This document shows, in pieces, positions 37,632 to 47,031 of a stretch of 64,000 bases of DNA. Within the stretch, counting starts at the first letter, position 1; every line of letters starts with the position of its first letter. The notes beneath the pieces are model-generated. The model did not search any database. It was not told where the DNA came from and was given only the letters and a program-made list of their open reading frames with translations. Location of the stretch: NCBI GenBank assembly GCA_963745075.1, contig CAVUWV010000014.1, positions 224,001-288,000 on the forward strand. Reading direction: 5' to 3'. Source of the stretch: Candidatus Hydrogenedentota bacterium. Its GTDB lineage: Bacteria; Hydrogenedentota; Hydrogenedentia; Hydrogenedentales; SLHB01. The translations under genes and the position numbers were made by a program.

Positions 37632-39578
37632 ATGAATCAGAACCTGGCACAGAAACTGATCGCAGAACACCTCGTTGAAGGGGAAATGACGCCCGGCGAG
37701 GAAGTCAGCCTGCGAATCGATCAAACCCTCACACAAGATGCCACGGGCACGCTAGTCATGCTCGAACTCCTGGCCATGGGTCTGGACCGAGCCAAGACCG
37801 AACTTTCCGCACAATACGTCGACCACAATCTCTTGCAGGAAGATAGCCGGAACCCCGAAGACCATCTTTTCCTGATGAGTGCCTGTCAGCGATTGGGGAT
37901 CTGGTACAGCCGTCCCGGCAACGGTGTCAGCCATCCCGTTCATCAAATGCATTTCGGTATTCCCGGAAAAACCCTGCTCGGTTCAGACAGTCACACCTGT
38001 GCGGCGGGTGCGTTGGGGATGTTAGCCATTGGCGCCGGGGGTCTCGAAGTCGCCCTCGCCATCGCGGGCGATCCGCTTCGAATCCGGATGCCCGAAATCT
38101 GGGGCATCAGGCTGACCGGCAAACTCCCGGATTGGGTCAGCGCGAAAGACGTTATTCTCGAAATGCTGCGCCGCCACGGTGTCAAAGGCGGTGTCGGCCG
38201 TATCGTCGAATACCACGGTCCGGGGGTCGATACCTTAACCGTGATGGATCGGCATGTGATTGCCAACATGGGTGCTGAACTTGGCGCCACGACGTCCGTC
38301 TTCCCCTCCGACGACACGGTACGCGCGTACTTGGACCAGTGCAGGCGGAAAGACGACTGGGAAGAATGGTTGCCCGATCCCGGCGCGGGCTACGATGTTG
38401 AAGATGAAATTGACCTGTCCCAATTGCAGCCCCTCATCGCCATGCCGACCAGCCCGGGAAACGTGAAAACGGTGGAGGAGGTAGCGGGCGAGCCGATTTA
38501 CCAAGCCTATGTCGGTTCCTCGGCAAATCCCGGGTACCGCGATTTTGCCATGGCCGCGCAGATCGTTTCGGGCAGGCGCGTGCATCCCCGGGTATCCTTC
38601 GACATCAATCCCACGTCGCGGGACATTCTCGAGGAGCTTGCGAATGATGGGCATCTCATCGCCCTGATCCACGCGGGCGCACGCATCCATCAGGCCGGCT
38701 GCAACGGATGCATCGGCATGGGCCAGGCGCCCGCGACCGGCAAGTACAGTCTGCGCACCGTGCCCCGGAACTTCCCGGGCCGTTCCGGAACCGAGGATGA
38801 CATGGTCTGCCTGGTCAGCCCGGAAACGGCCGCCGCCTCGGCGCTCACGGGAGTCATCACCGATCCTCGAACCCTCGACATGCCCTATCTCGCTCCGCCG
38901 TCGGCGTCAAAGCACCCGGTGGTGAACCGGGACCTCTTCGTCGCCCCGCTGGCGCCGGAGGACGCGCAATCGATCGAGATCGAGAAAGGCGCCAACATCG
39001 TGGATCTGCCGGAGTGTGAGCCGTTGACCGGCAATTTCGAAACGCAGGTTCTGCTTCGCGTGGGAGACGATATCTCCACCGATGAGATCATGCCGGCGGG
39101 AAGTAAGGTGCTGCCATTTCGCAGCAACATCCCCGCGATTAGCCGGTTCGTGTTTCATCCCATCGATCCCGAGTATCCGGAGCGCGCCAAGAAGCTTCGC
39201 GACAACGGCGGGCATGCCATTGTCGGCGGCCGCAACTACGGTCAGGGCTCCAGCCGGGAGCATGCCGCGCTTGCGCCGCGTTTCCTGGGGCTTCGGCTTG
39301 TCGTGGCCAAAAGCTTTGCGCGTATCCATTGGCAGAACCTCCTGAACTGGGGCATCCTGCCGCTCACGTTCGACGACGAATCCGACTATGAGCGGTTGGA
39401 AATCGACACGACTGTTCATGTGGAAGGACTCTACGACCAACTTCGTGCGGGCGACACCATTGAAATAGAAGTAAACGGCAAGTCGCTGAAAACGCGCCAT
39501 CAGCTTTCGCCGACGCAAATCGATGTACTCGAAGCCGGCGGACTGGTCAATGTGAAGCGCGCGGCTCTGGCCGGTTAA
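37632..39578 (+). CDS. aconitate hydratase (short type)
   Basis: TLTQDATGT, DHN, GSDSHT, AGCNGCIGMG, RNFPGR, ISTDEI, NYGQGSSREHAA. Confidence 0.9.
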   Translation: MNQNLAQKLIAEHLVEGEMTPGEEVSLRIDQTLTQDATGTLVMLELLAMGLDRAKTELSAQYVDHNLLQEDSRNPEDHLFLMSACQRLGIWYSRPGNGVSHPVHQMHFGIPGKTLLGSDSHTCAAGALGMLAIGAGGLEVALAIAGDPLRIRMPEIWGIRLTGKLPDWVSAKDVILEMLRRHGVKGGVGRIVEYHGPGVDTLTVMDRHVIANMGAELGATTSVFPSDDTVRAYLDQCRRKDDWEEWLPDPGAGYDVEDEIDLSQLQPLIAMPTSPGNVKTVEEVAGEPIYQAYVGSSANPGYRDFAMAAQIVSGRRVHPRVSFDINPTSRDILEELANDGHLIALIHAGARIHQAGCNGCIGMGQAPATGKYSLRTVPRNFPGRSGTEDDMVCLVSPETAAASALTGVITDPRTLDMPYLAPPSASKHPVVNRDLFVAPLAPEDAQSIEIEKGANIVDLPECEPLTGNFETQVLLRVGDDISTDEIMPAGSKVLPFRSNIPAISRFVFHPIDPEYPERAKKLRDNGGHAIVGGRNYGQGSSREHAALAPRFLGLRLVVAKSFARIHWQNLLNWGILPLTFDDESDYERLEIDTTVHVEGLYDQLRAGDTIEIEVNGKSLKTRHQLSPTQIDVLEAGGLVNVKRAALAG

Positions 39579-39645
39579 CAACTCCGCGCCTCGCGGGACG
39601 AACGAGGCAGAGTGCTGCATCCAGTTCGAGGGGCGATGTCTCCGG

Positions 39646-39927
39646 TTATCGGGTGGAAGGATTCTGCCCCATAATCTGATCCGCGTTTTCTTCTAAGACC
39701 GCACCCGCCTCCGTGGCCTGATGCTCGGGGACCTGCACCAGGATGCAGCCGTTTTGCATCGGCAATGCCCGGTCAATGCCCACATTCGATCCGCCGGGTT
39801 CCTTGTCCGTTCGTCCGGTCTCAATGACGAACACGCGAATGCCGGCGTTCTCCAGGCGTTCGCGCGCAAATGTGGTCTGTTCTATGGTGTCGAATCGTAG
39901 CAACGTTACCATGCGCTCGTTCATCAT
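39646..39927 (-). CDS. DUF2007-like small protein
   Basis: MVTLLRF....FARERLENAGI.VFV...ILVQVPE...EA..VL; RBS aggaga. Confidence 0.6.
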   Translation of the reverse strand: MMNERMVTLLRFDTIEQTTFARERLENAGIRVFVIETGRTDKEPGGSNVGIDRALPMQNGCILVQVPEHQATEAGAVLEENADQIMGQNPSTR

Positions 39928-39978
39928 GTTTTTTCTCCTTAGAATCTCTAACAAAAAACTATACGAATGGGACGCGGA

Positions 39979-40053
39979 ATGTAGCGCAGGCGTCTCGCCT
40001 GCATCTTGTTCAGTCTAATCCGGCGATTCTGCAGGCGAGACGTTTGCGCGAAA
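39979..40053. repeat. GTAG-type REP-like palindrome doublet
   Basis: atgtagcgcaggcgtctcgcctgcatct ... tgcaggcgagacgtttgcgc. Confidence 0.7.
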
Positions 40054-40252
40054 TTCCGGCGCGTTTCTCCAGTGTGGTTTCGCGACAATTGGCTAGCAGT
40101 TAATGTTGGAGGTTCTTCGTTCGTCGTGAATGAATCTCGATTATGTGGAAAACACGCGGAAACTCGCCTCTGCGCCAACGGACGAGGAGCGCGAGGATGA
40201 ACCCCGCGCTCCCGCGACTCGAAACGAGCGCGTTCATTTCCAGGGATGGGTA

Positions 40253-41788
40253 TCATGAGGGTGACACGACCAAGTCATTGTCCACCCATGTGGCGCCGCC
40301 CTCATAGGCGTTCTCCTGCGCCGCTTCATATTCGCTCCAGGAATTTACGGTACCCGTCAGGTGCGCTTCGCCGTTGTGGACATCGACCTTGACATCATCC
40401 GCATCCACGAAGGGGCTCCACCACAACTCCGAATCGATAGACGTTTCGATCGCAACGTCGCTCTTCGTCGGATGCGCCGGTTTGTAGTTGTACCAGGTGT
40501 AGTCGTACGGATACCATTGGTCTACATATGGGTCATAGGGCAGCGGGGCGTGGTCGTTGTCCACGACGAGGTCATTTTCAACCGACGTGACCCCCGCCAC
40601 ACGGGAGGCCGCATCGTCCGCTTCACTCTTCTCGAAATAGTCGTCCACGGTTCCCGTCAGATAGGCCTTGCCGTTCACGACGTTCACACCGATGTCGAAG
40701 CGGTCTACAACCGGATCGCGCTCGAGTGCGCTCTCGATGCCTTGCGCGATGCTCGTGTCCGGTATCGCGGTACCGGGCCGCACTTTCAGGTGATTTCGAA
40801 CACTCACAACACCGACCGTCTCGCGGGCAACCTGCGCGGCGGCGCGCTTGGCTTTGAGGTTGTCGACATTGCCGATGAGTGTTACGACGCCGTGGTCCAC
40901 TTCAGGCGCCACGTTAAACGACATGACGCGCGGGTCGTAGATGTACGCGTCTTTCAACGCGTTGGCGATCTGCTGATCCGATTTCGGCACGTACTTGGCT
41001 TCGCGAAGGTCGTTGTCGCGTGCCCAGCGTTCGACTTTCAGCCCGTCGGCGTTAACCGACTTGACGCCTGCAACCCATGCCGCCGCTTCGGCAAGGCCCT
41101 TCTCGGACGCACTTCCCACGACTCCGGACAACTTGACGTTGTCGTTGTTGACCGTCACGTCGATGAGTCCGTCATCGATGAGTGTGTTCCATTTCAGAGC
41201 CTCTTTAATGTCGTTCTTGATTTCGGGATCCGGACGGGTCGCCTTGTAGTTCACGGCAATGTCGTTTTTCAGTCCGGTAACGCCTTCTACCTCCTTGGCA
41301 ACGGTTCCGGCCAATTGCTTTTCCTGCCACGAATCCACGTTCCCGGTCAACGTAACCACGCCATCCGTTACCGTCGGTGTGACTTCGTAAGCGTCCGTTG
41401 CAGGGTCGGCGAGTAGTGCGTTTTCGACATCGGCTGCCACCGCGGCGTCCGTCGAGGAAAACGGCGGCGTTACTTTGATTTCGTTGATGACCGAACGGGT
41501 ACCCCGTACGGTCTCTGCAATATTTGCGGCACGCTCCTTGGCAAGAAGATTATCCACGCTGCCGTCAAGCGTCACGATGCCGTCGGTCGTCTTCACATCG
41601 ATGCGATTGAACGGAACGACCGTGTCGATTAGGAATTCGTTCTCAATTTCGTTGGTGATGTTCGGATCCGATAGATCCGGTTTTGCCATCGTTGTCGCAG
41701 CAAATGCGCTTGCGCAAACGAACACGCACGCGCCAGCGAAGACGACGGGAAACGCATGGTTCCATCGAAGTACTGAATGGAGGTTCAT
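40253..41788 (-). CDS. secreted protein with about six BON domains
   Basis: Repeated SD..I...I...L...GVVTL.G.V...A...A....GV..V.N.L units; signal peptide. Confidence 0.9.
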   Translation of the reverse strand: MNLHSVLRWNHAFPVVFAGACVFVCASAFAATTMAKPDLSDPNITNEIENEFLIDTVVPFNRIDVKTTDGIVTLDGSVDNLLAKERAANIAETVRGTRSVINEIKVTPPFSSTDAAVAADVENALLADPATDAYEVTPTVTDGVVTLTGNVDSWQEKQLAGTVAKEVEGVTGLKNDIAVNYKATRPDPEIKNDIKEALKWNTLIDDGLIDVTVNNDNVKLSGVVGSASEKGLAEAAAWVAGVKSVNADGLKVERWARDNDLREAKYVPKSDQQIANALKDAYIYDPRVMSFNVAPEVDHGVVTLIGNVDNLKAKRAAAQVARETVGVVSVRNHLKVRPGTAIPDTSIAQGIESALERDPVVDRFDIGVNVVNGKAYLTGTVDDYFEKSEADDAASRVAGVTSVENDLVVDNDHAPLPYDPYVDQWYPYDYTWYNYKPAHPTKSDVAIETSIDSELWWSPFVDADDVKVDVHNGEAHLTGTVNSWSEYEAAQENAYEGGATWVDNDLVVSPS

Positions 41789-41869
41789 AGCGTCGATCTC
41801 CTTTCCGTGTGTGTTTCCAATTGTCGTTTGTTCTGGCGGCTCACGGCGGCCGTCATTGGGCGAAGGGCT

Positions 41870-41998
41870 CGCATGCGCTGTGCCAATGCGGTCTTCAGCG
41901 TGTTTTGTAAATGAATCCGTGCTCGGGGTTAGGAGTACGGGGATCCAGAATAAACGCGAAATATGTAGAAACTACACGGGCCGTGACGAAACTACACG
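41870..41998 (-). promoter_or_regulatory. sigma54 promoter and candidate enhancer sites for the BON gene
   Basis: Minus-strand TGGCAC-AGCGC-ATGCG (41870-41885); palindrome tgtagaaactaca and direct repeat gaaactacacg at 41968 and 41988. Confidence 0.55.
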
Positions 41999-42087
41999 CA
42001 GTCGTGCCATGAGTGTTCGCTGCAACGATAAAGCCAGCTACAGTACATCGCTGCTTCCGCGCTTTGACGGAAAGGAGAGTAGGGATG

Positions 42088-42801
42088 TCAGACATTCGGC
42101 GTGAATTGCCGCAGGTCGTAAATTCCTAGCGCCTTTTCGATGTCGGCAACGCGATCCACCATGGCTTCGAAACCGTCGTCACCGAACAGGGTGTGCTCCT
42201 TCTTCTCAAAATCTTCGCCCAGTGCATCGTATTCGTTTGCGGAGACGATTTCGCGGAGCGTGGGGAAGAGAACCGTATCCTCGCGGGCCTCGTGGGGGCT
42301 GTACATGCGGTTGAATGCATGAAGCCATTCGACCAAGTGGTTTCGGTCTTCCGCCGGCCGTAAGTCGCTGGTCGCCGTCAGACCGATAATGTCTTCAGTA
42401 AGGCGACGCCCCGCTTGATGTTGTTGCTCGAGCACATCCACGAGATCGGCCAGGGTGTTGGCCTTTCGAAAACGTGGAAACAGAAAGTCCTCCTCAAGCT
42501 TTTCGTGATAGTCTTCGATGAACGAACGCACGATCGAGGCGGCGTCGTGCAGGTGGGCGGGATTCAGGTCTTCCTTCTCATCAAGCCGGCGGACGCCTTC
42601 GTCGTAAATCAGCAAAATCCGCTTCAACACACCATGCTCGCGCATCAAGTCTTCGGCCGGCGAGATTTCTTCCTCGCCTTCTTCCTCCTCTTCGGCCCTC
42701 GCTGCGGCCGCTGTCACTCCGAATACGCCGCACGCAACCCCCGCCTTTGCCAGGAAACCACGCCGGTCGCTAAGAATTCCGTCGCTTTCGAGTTCGTGCA
42801 T
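42088..42801 (-). CDS. Tat-exported hemerythrin (HHE) domain protein
   Basis: DRRGFLAK twin-arginine signal; LMREHG, YHEKLEEDFLFP, QQHQAGR, PHEAREDTVLFP. Confidence 0.82.
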   Translation of the reverse strand: MHELESDGILSDRRGFLAKAGVACGVFGVTAAAARAEEEEEGEEEISPAEDLMREHGVLKRILLIYDEGVRRLDEKEDLNPAHLHDAASIVRSFIEDYHEKLEEDFLFPRFRKANTLADLVDVLEQQHQAGRRLTEDIIGLTATSDLRPAEDRNHLVEWLHAFNRMYSPHEAREDTVLFPTLREIVSANEYDALGEDFEKKEHTLFGDDGFEAMVDRVADIEKALGIYDLRQFTPNV

Positions 42802-43062
42802 GGGCACCTCCTTTTCTTAGGGCAAGTATCTTTACAGAAGAAACGTTGATGCCGCCTCGTACATTTCGCAGGCACCCCTACCTTGAGTGCCACATCTAAC
42901 CCGCGGGATTCGTTGGACTTTCGCGATAGACCGTGTTGGCACGCATTTTTTGGAATAATTTGCCCCATGCAGCCCTTCCCTTTTGTAGAGAAAAAGACTC
43001 TGCGCGCACCTTCCCGCCTACTAACGATTCGCTGGTCAACCACAGAGCCGAAGGAGGTTACC

Positions 43063-44439
43063 ATGCCGGATGCAACACTATTGGAACGTTGTCAACAGTC
43101 CTTTCGCGGCCGTGTGATAGAGCCAGACGATCCCGACTACGACGGTGCGCGCGCCATTTACAATGCGATGATCGATAAACGGCCACGGATTATCGTGCAG
43201 TGCGCCGACGTTGCGGACGTAATTGCTGCGGTGAATTTCGGTCATGAATACGGTTTGGACACGGCCGTGTGCGGCGGCGGCCATAGCGGACCCGGGCTGG
43301 GGTCGGTGGACGACGGCCTCGTCATCGGCCTTTCTCCGATGAAGGGGATTCGCGTGGATCCCAACACGAAGACGGCGCGGGTACAGTCGGGTTGTTGCTG
43401 GGGCGATGTCGATCACGCGACCCACCCCTTCGGCCTGGCCGCGGTCAGTGGGATTATATCGACGACTGGCGTGCCCGGTTTGACGCTCGGCGGCGGGCAC
43501 GGGTATTTGACGCGCAAGTACGGATTGACCATTGATAATTTGTTGTCTGCCGACGTTGTGCTCGCCGATGGTCGGCTGGTCCACGCAAGCAAAAAGGAAA
43601 ACGCGGATCTCTTTTGGGCGATTCGCGGCGGCGGGGGCAACTTCGGTGTCGTCACGTCGTTCGAGTTCCGGTTGCACCCGGTGGATTCCGTCATCGCGGG
43701 GCCTATGTTCTGGACCCTCGACAATCTGGAACCGGTACTCAAATGGTATCGCGAGTGGTTGCCGCAAGCACCAGAGGACGTATACGCGTTCTTCCTCTTG
43801 GGTACCGTGCCACCGGCCGAACCCTTTCCGGAGAACATTCGAGGAAAACGAGTCTGCGGCCTGATGTGGTGTTACCTGGGACCCGAGGACCAGGCTGATT
43901 CGGTGCTTCAAGCAGCGCGCGATGTGGCTGCTCCGCTGTTCGAACTCGTTGGCCCCCTTCCGTATCCGGATCTGCAGAGCCTATTCGATGGCCTTTACCC
44001 GCCGGGACACCAGTGGTACTGGAAAGGCGACTTCGTACGCGCGATTCCGGATGAGGCCATTGCCCAGCATAAGCGGTTTGCCGCAGTACCGACGTTGCAG
44101 TCGACCATGCATATGTATCCCATCAATGGCGCCGTCCACCGTGTCGGAAAAGCGGAAACCGCGTGGGGCCTTCGCGATGCCAACTGGTCCATGGTGATCG
44201 CCGGCGTTGATCCCGACCCCGCCAACAATGACAAGATCACGCAATGGGCCCGCGGCTACTGGGACGCTATCCACCCGCACTCGGCAGGAGGCTCTTACGT
44301 CAACTTCATGATGGAAGAAGGTGCGGACCGCATCCAGGCCACCTACGGCGGCAACTACAAACGGTTGCAACAGGTAAAAGCGAAATACGACCCCGAAAAC
44401 TTCTTCCACGTGAACCAGAACATCGTACCGGCAGCGTGA
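43063..44439 (+). CDS. FAD-binding oxidoreductase (VAO/BBE family)
   Basis: GGGHS covalent-FAD His, GLTLGGGHG, DLFWAIRGGGGNFGVVT, YVNF...KAKYDPENFF. Confidence 0.92.
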   Translation: MPDATLLERCQQSFRGRVIEPDDPDYDGARAIYNAMIDKRPRIIVQCADVADVIAAVNFGHEYGLDTAVCGGGHSGPGLGSVDDGLVIGLSPMKGIRVDPNTKTARVQSGCCWGDVDHATHPFGLAAVSGIISTTGVPGLTLGGGHGYLTRKYGLTIDNLLSADVVLADGRLVHASKKENADLFWAIRGGGGNFGVVTSFEFRLHPVDSVIAGPMFWTLDNLEPVLKWYREWLPQAPEDVYAFFLLGTVPPAEPFPENIRGKRVCGLMWCYLGPEDQADSVLQAARDVAAPLFELVGPLPYPDLQSLFDGLYPPGHQWYWKGDFVRAIPDEAIAQHKRFAAVPTLQSTMHMYPINGAVHRVGKAETAWGLRDANWSMVIAGVDPDPANNDKITQWARGYWDAIHPHSAGGSYVNFMMEEGADRIQATYGGNYKRLQQVKAKYDPENFFHVNQNIVPAA

Positions 44440-44656
44440 CGAAACGCAATCTGAGACGATGGAATCCGGCTATGTGTGGCCATCGCCATAACCCGTACCA
44501 TTCATCGATTTCACGGATGTGCACCAATTAGGACAGGAAGAACCGCGTTCGTTCCCAGATTGCATGGGGTTTCGCAGATATGGAAGGGCGATTTAGAGGA
44601 AGAACTCCGGACTGGAAGTCCGGCACAAGTCAGCCCAGCGCGGCGTAGCCGCAACC

Positions 44657-44723
44657 AAATCCGAAATCCGAAGCACGAAATCCGAAACAAATTCCAATTC
44701 TCCAAATGAGAAATCACCAAAAC
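44657..44723. repeat. degenerate heptamer (aaatccg) tandem repeat tract
   Basis: aaatccgaaatccgaagcacgaaatccgaaacaaattccaattctccaaatg. Confidence 0.6.
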
Positions 44724-44947
44724 GATCGTTCCCGCCGAAACCGTCAGACGACTTTGTATTGGCAGGCGAACACCTTCACCACATAGCCCCCGAACGGGGG
44801 CGTAGGAAACGGCTTGCATGCCAGGCTTCGTTTGACGTTTGAAAAAGAATTTCATGATCTTTCCGGGTAGGGACCCAAGGCCGAGCGAAGCGCCCCCGTG
44901 GGGGAAATGCTGCCCCTGATAAAGCGCTGAAAGTGCGGGACAACTTT

Positions 44948-46642
44948 CTAATCCTCGAAGTCGCCCACGGCCAATACCCAATCCGAAGGCCATCCCAGTT
45001 CGAGGGTATGCGTGCCGCCACCGAGCCTTTTCAAGGCGATCTCGCTATATTCCGCCTTTGCGTCTACGGCCACGACCGGCTGCGTGCCCGGCATGCCGGA
45101 TAAATCGATGGTCACAACGTCGGCATCCTCCACGAAGACGATAAAATGCGTCTTATCCGCTGACGCCAGACAATACGCTGTTGCCCCGCTGACACGTTCA
45201 TTCTCCGGCGCCATGTCGAGCTTCATCCGCCCGTCCTTCCAGAACTCCCTGTGCGTGCGGAAGGCCCGCTTGAGCGATTCGGGGTGGTAGCCGCACGGAC
45301 CGTCCGGGTTGAACGGTCCATACGCGTTGAACCGTTCCGAGAAGTGGCCGAAAAACCCGCCCATCCCGCCGGCCATGGTCTCCCACCAGATCAACCGGCG
45401 GCAGCCGGTCTCGTTCAACCGATTCGGATCGGCCACCGCGTGCGGCCAGCATTGCCAGCGGTTGTAGGTGTGCCGTTCCTCGTAGATATGCGGACGATCC
45501 GTCCGGGCTTGCATGTGGTGCAGGATTTCGTCGTATCCGGCCGGTCCTTTGTCCGTCGTCATGAGGTCGTAGGGTGCGCCGCCGAACCCTGCGTAGGAAT
45601 AAGCGCCGAAGGCTGCGTCGTCCCAACCGCGCGAGGTGAGGAGGTGGGGCCAGCCCATTCGGTCACTGAGTTGCGTGGCCCACCACGCCCCATCCGCCTC
45701 GGCCTTGGGCATCTCAATCGTGTCGAACCCGAAATTCATACTCCAGCCCGGCAATGGGCCGAGCCGGGCGGCGATGTAGCGCAGCAACCGCCGGTGCCGT
45801 TCGCCTCGAAACCCGTCGCCGAGATGGTTCGGGGTTTGTTTGCGGCCGTTGTCGCCCCAGGCCCAGATGTGCGTGCGTCCGCCTCGATCGTGAGCGTACC
45901 GGATCGCTTGTTCCAACATGGCGAACGTGGCCAAGTCAGGCTCGTCGAGAGCGGGGTCGTCGCCACCGTCGAAATCATCAATGCTCAACGCGCCCATCTT
46001 GAACCAACTGTAGAACACAGCAAAGAAATAGATCTCGAATCCGTTCTCCTGCGAATCCTCCCAATACGCCGGAATCAGATTGGCCCGGTCCGTGTCCCCC
46101 AGGATGCGCGTGCGGTGCTCGTGCTGCTGCTCAAAATCCTGCTGGTTCATGTAGACCTGATAGACATACCCTTCCAGGTCGTCCTCGTCCTCCACCATCA
46201 CCGCGTACTTGTTGCTGACATTCGTCAGAAACCCCTTCACGTCGTCATTCGCTCGCGGCCCCACGATCACCCGCCCCGAATGCCCGTCCAACTCCGGGTC
46301 CTCGCTCGCCGTCGTAAACCTCCACACCCCCGCCCGCGTCCCCGTAAACCGGAAATTCCACACGTCATCCCCGGCGTAGAACAATTCCGTCGTTCGTTGC
46401 GCGCCCGTCTGCTCATGGGTAAACGTGGCCACTGCAAACACGTCAAACGGGTTGCCGGACCAGGATGGGTTCTCGACCGCCCACTCCTGGCATTGCCACG
46501 CGGGGGCCTCGCAATCGGGGATCCGCGCCGCGTGAGAACCGATTAAGGTCATAACCCACATCGAAGCACAAATGATCGTATTGCGAGAAACGAAGCGCAA
46601 TGGTAGGCCCTCCACGCCTTCAGACAAAACGTTTTCAGCCAA
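44948..46642 (-). CDS. DUF5060/DUF4038-like putative glycoside hydrolase (start uncertain)
   Basis: NPFDV...ATFTH...FYAGDDVWNFRF....G.WRF N-terminal domain; RYIAARLG..PGW. Confidence 0.6.
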   Translation of the reverse strand: MAENVLSEGVEGLPLRFVSRNTIICASMWVMTLIGSHAARIPDCEAPAWQCQEWAVENPSWSGNPFDVFAVATFTHEQTGAQRTTELFYAGDDVWNFRFTGTRAGVWRFTTASEDPELDGHSGRVIVGPRANDDVKGFLTNVSNKYAVMVEDEDDLEGYVYQVYMNQQDFEQQHEHRTRILGDTDRANLIPAYWEDSQENGFEIYFFAVFYSWFKMGALSIDDFDGGDDPALDEPDLATFAMLEQAIRYAHDRGGRTHIWAWGDNGRKQTPNHLGDGFRGERHRRLLRYIAARLGPLPGWSMNFGFDTIEMPKAEADGAWWATQLSDRMGWPHLLTSRGWDDAAFGAYSYAGFGGAPYDLMTTDKGPAGYDEILHHMQARTDRPHIYEERHTYNRWQCWPHAVADPNRLNETGCRRLIWWETMAGGMGGFFGHFSERFNAYGPFNPDGPCGYHPESLKRAFRTHREFWKDGRMKLDMAPENERVSGATAYCLASADKTHFIVFVEDADVVTIDLSGMPGTQPVVAVDAKAEYSEIALKRLGGGTHTLELGWPSDWVLAVGDFED

Positions 46643-46645
46643 CCG

Positions 46646-46789
46646 CTAGTCCGTAAGGAAAGGCGCCACGAATGCCCCGTAGACCAGGAAAAGGACTAAG
46701 AGCCAAAGAATGGCTATTAGTCCGTAACAAAACCATCGAATTGGCGAGATCGGGCCACGTTCACTTTTTTGGGTAGGTGTAAGCAGCAC
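46646..46789 (-). CDS. possible 47-aa single-TM small protein
   Basis: GTG-start ORF MLLTPTQKSERGPISPIRWFCYGLIAILWLLVLFLVYGAFVAPFLTD; weak RBS. Confidence 0.3.
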   Translation of the reverse strand: MLLTPTQKSERGPISPIRWFCYGLIAILWLLVLFLVYGAFVAPFLTD

Positions 46790-47031
46790 GATCTTCTTAT
46801 CCCCGTCCCTTTACGATTCCAATGCGTTGGGATCAAGATTACCCAGTTTTCTCGCCTGGTAAATCAGGGTATGTGCGCCCAAATACGTTGCCCAAAATAG
46901 GTTACTCATGGATACCAGGCGGGTTTCTTGGATTAAGCGCGCGCTCGTCAGGAAGCGACGGGCCAGATATTGTCTCGCCAGAAATTGGGGGAGGCAAAGG
47001 AAACACCCATTGGTCAGCATCGTAATCGCGT

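Noticed and set aside
42937..42955. TGGCAC upstream of the FAD oxidoreductase as a sigma54 promoter
   Set aside because: No GC at the -12 position (TGGCAC-GCATT-TTTTG)
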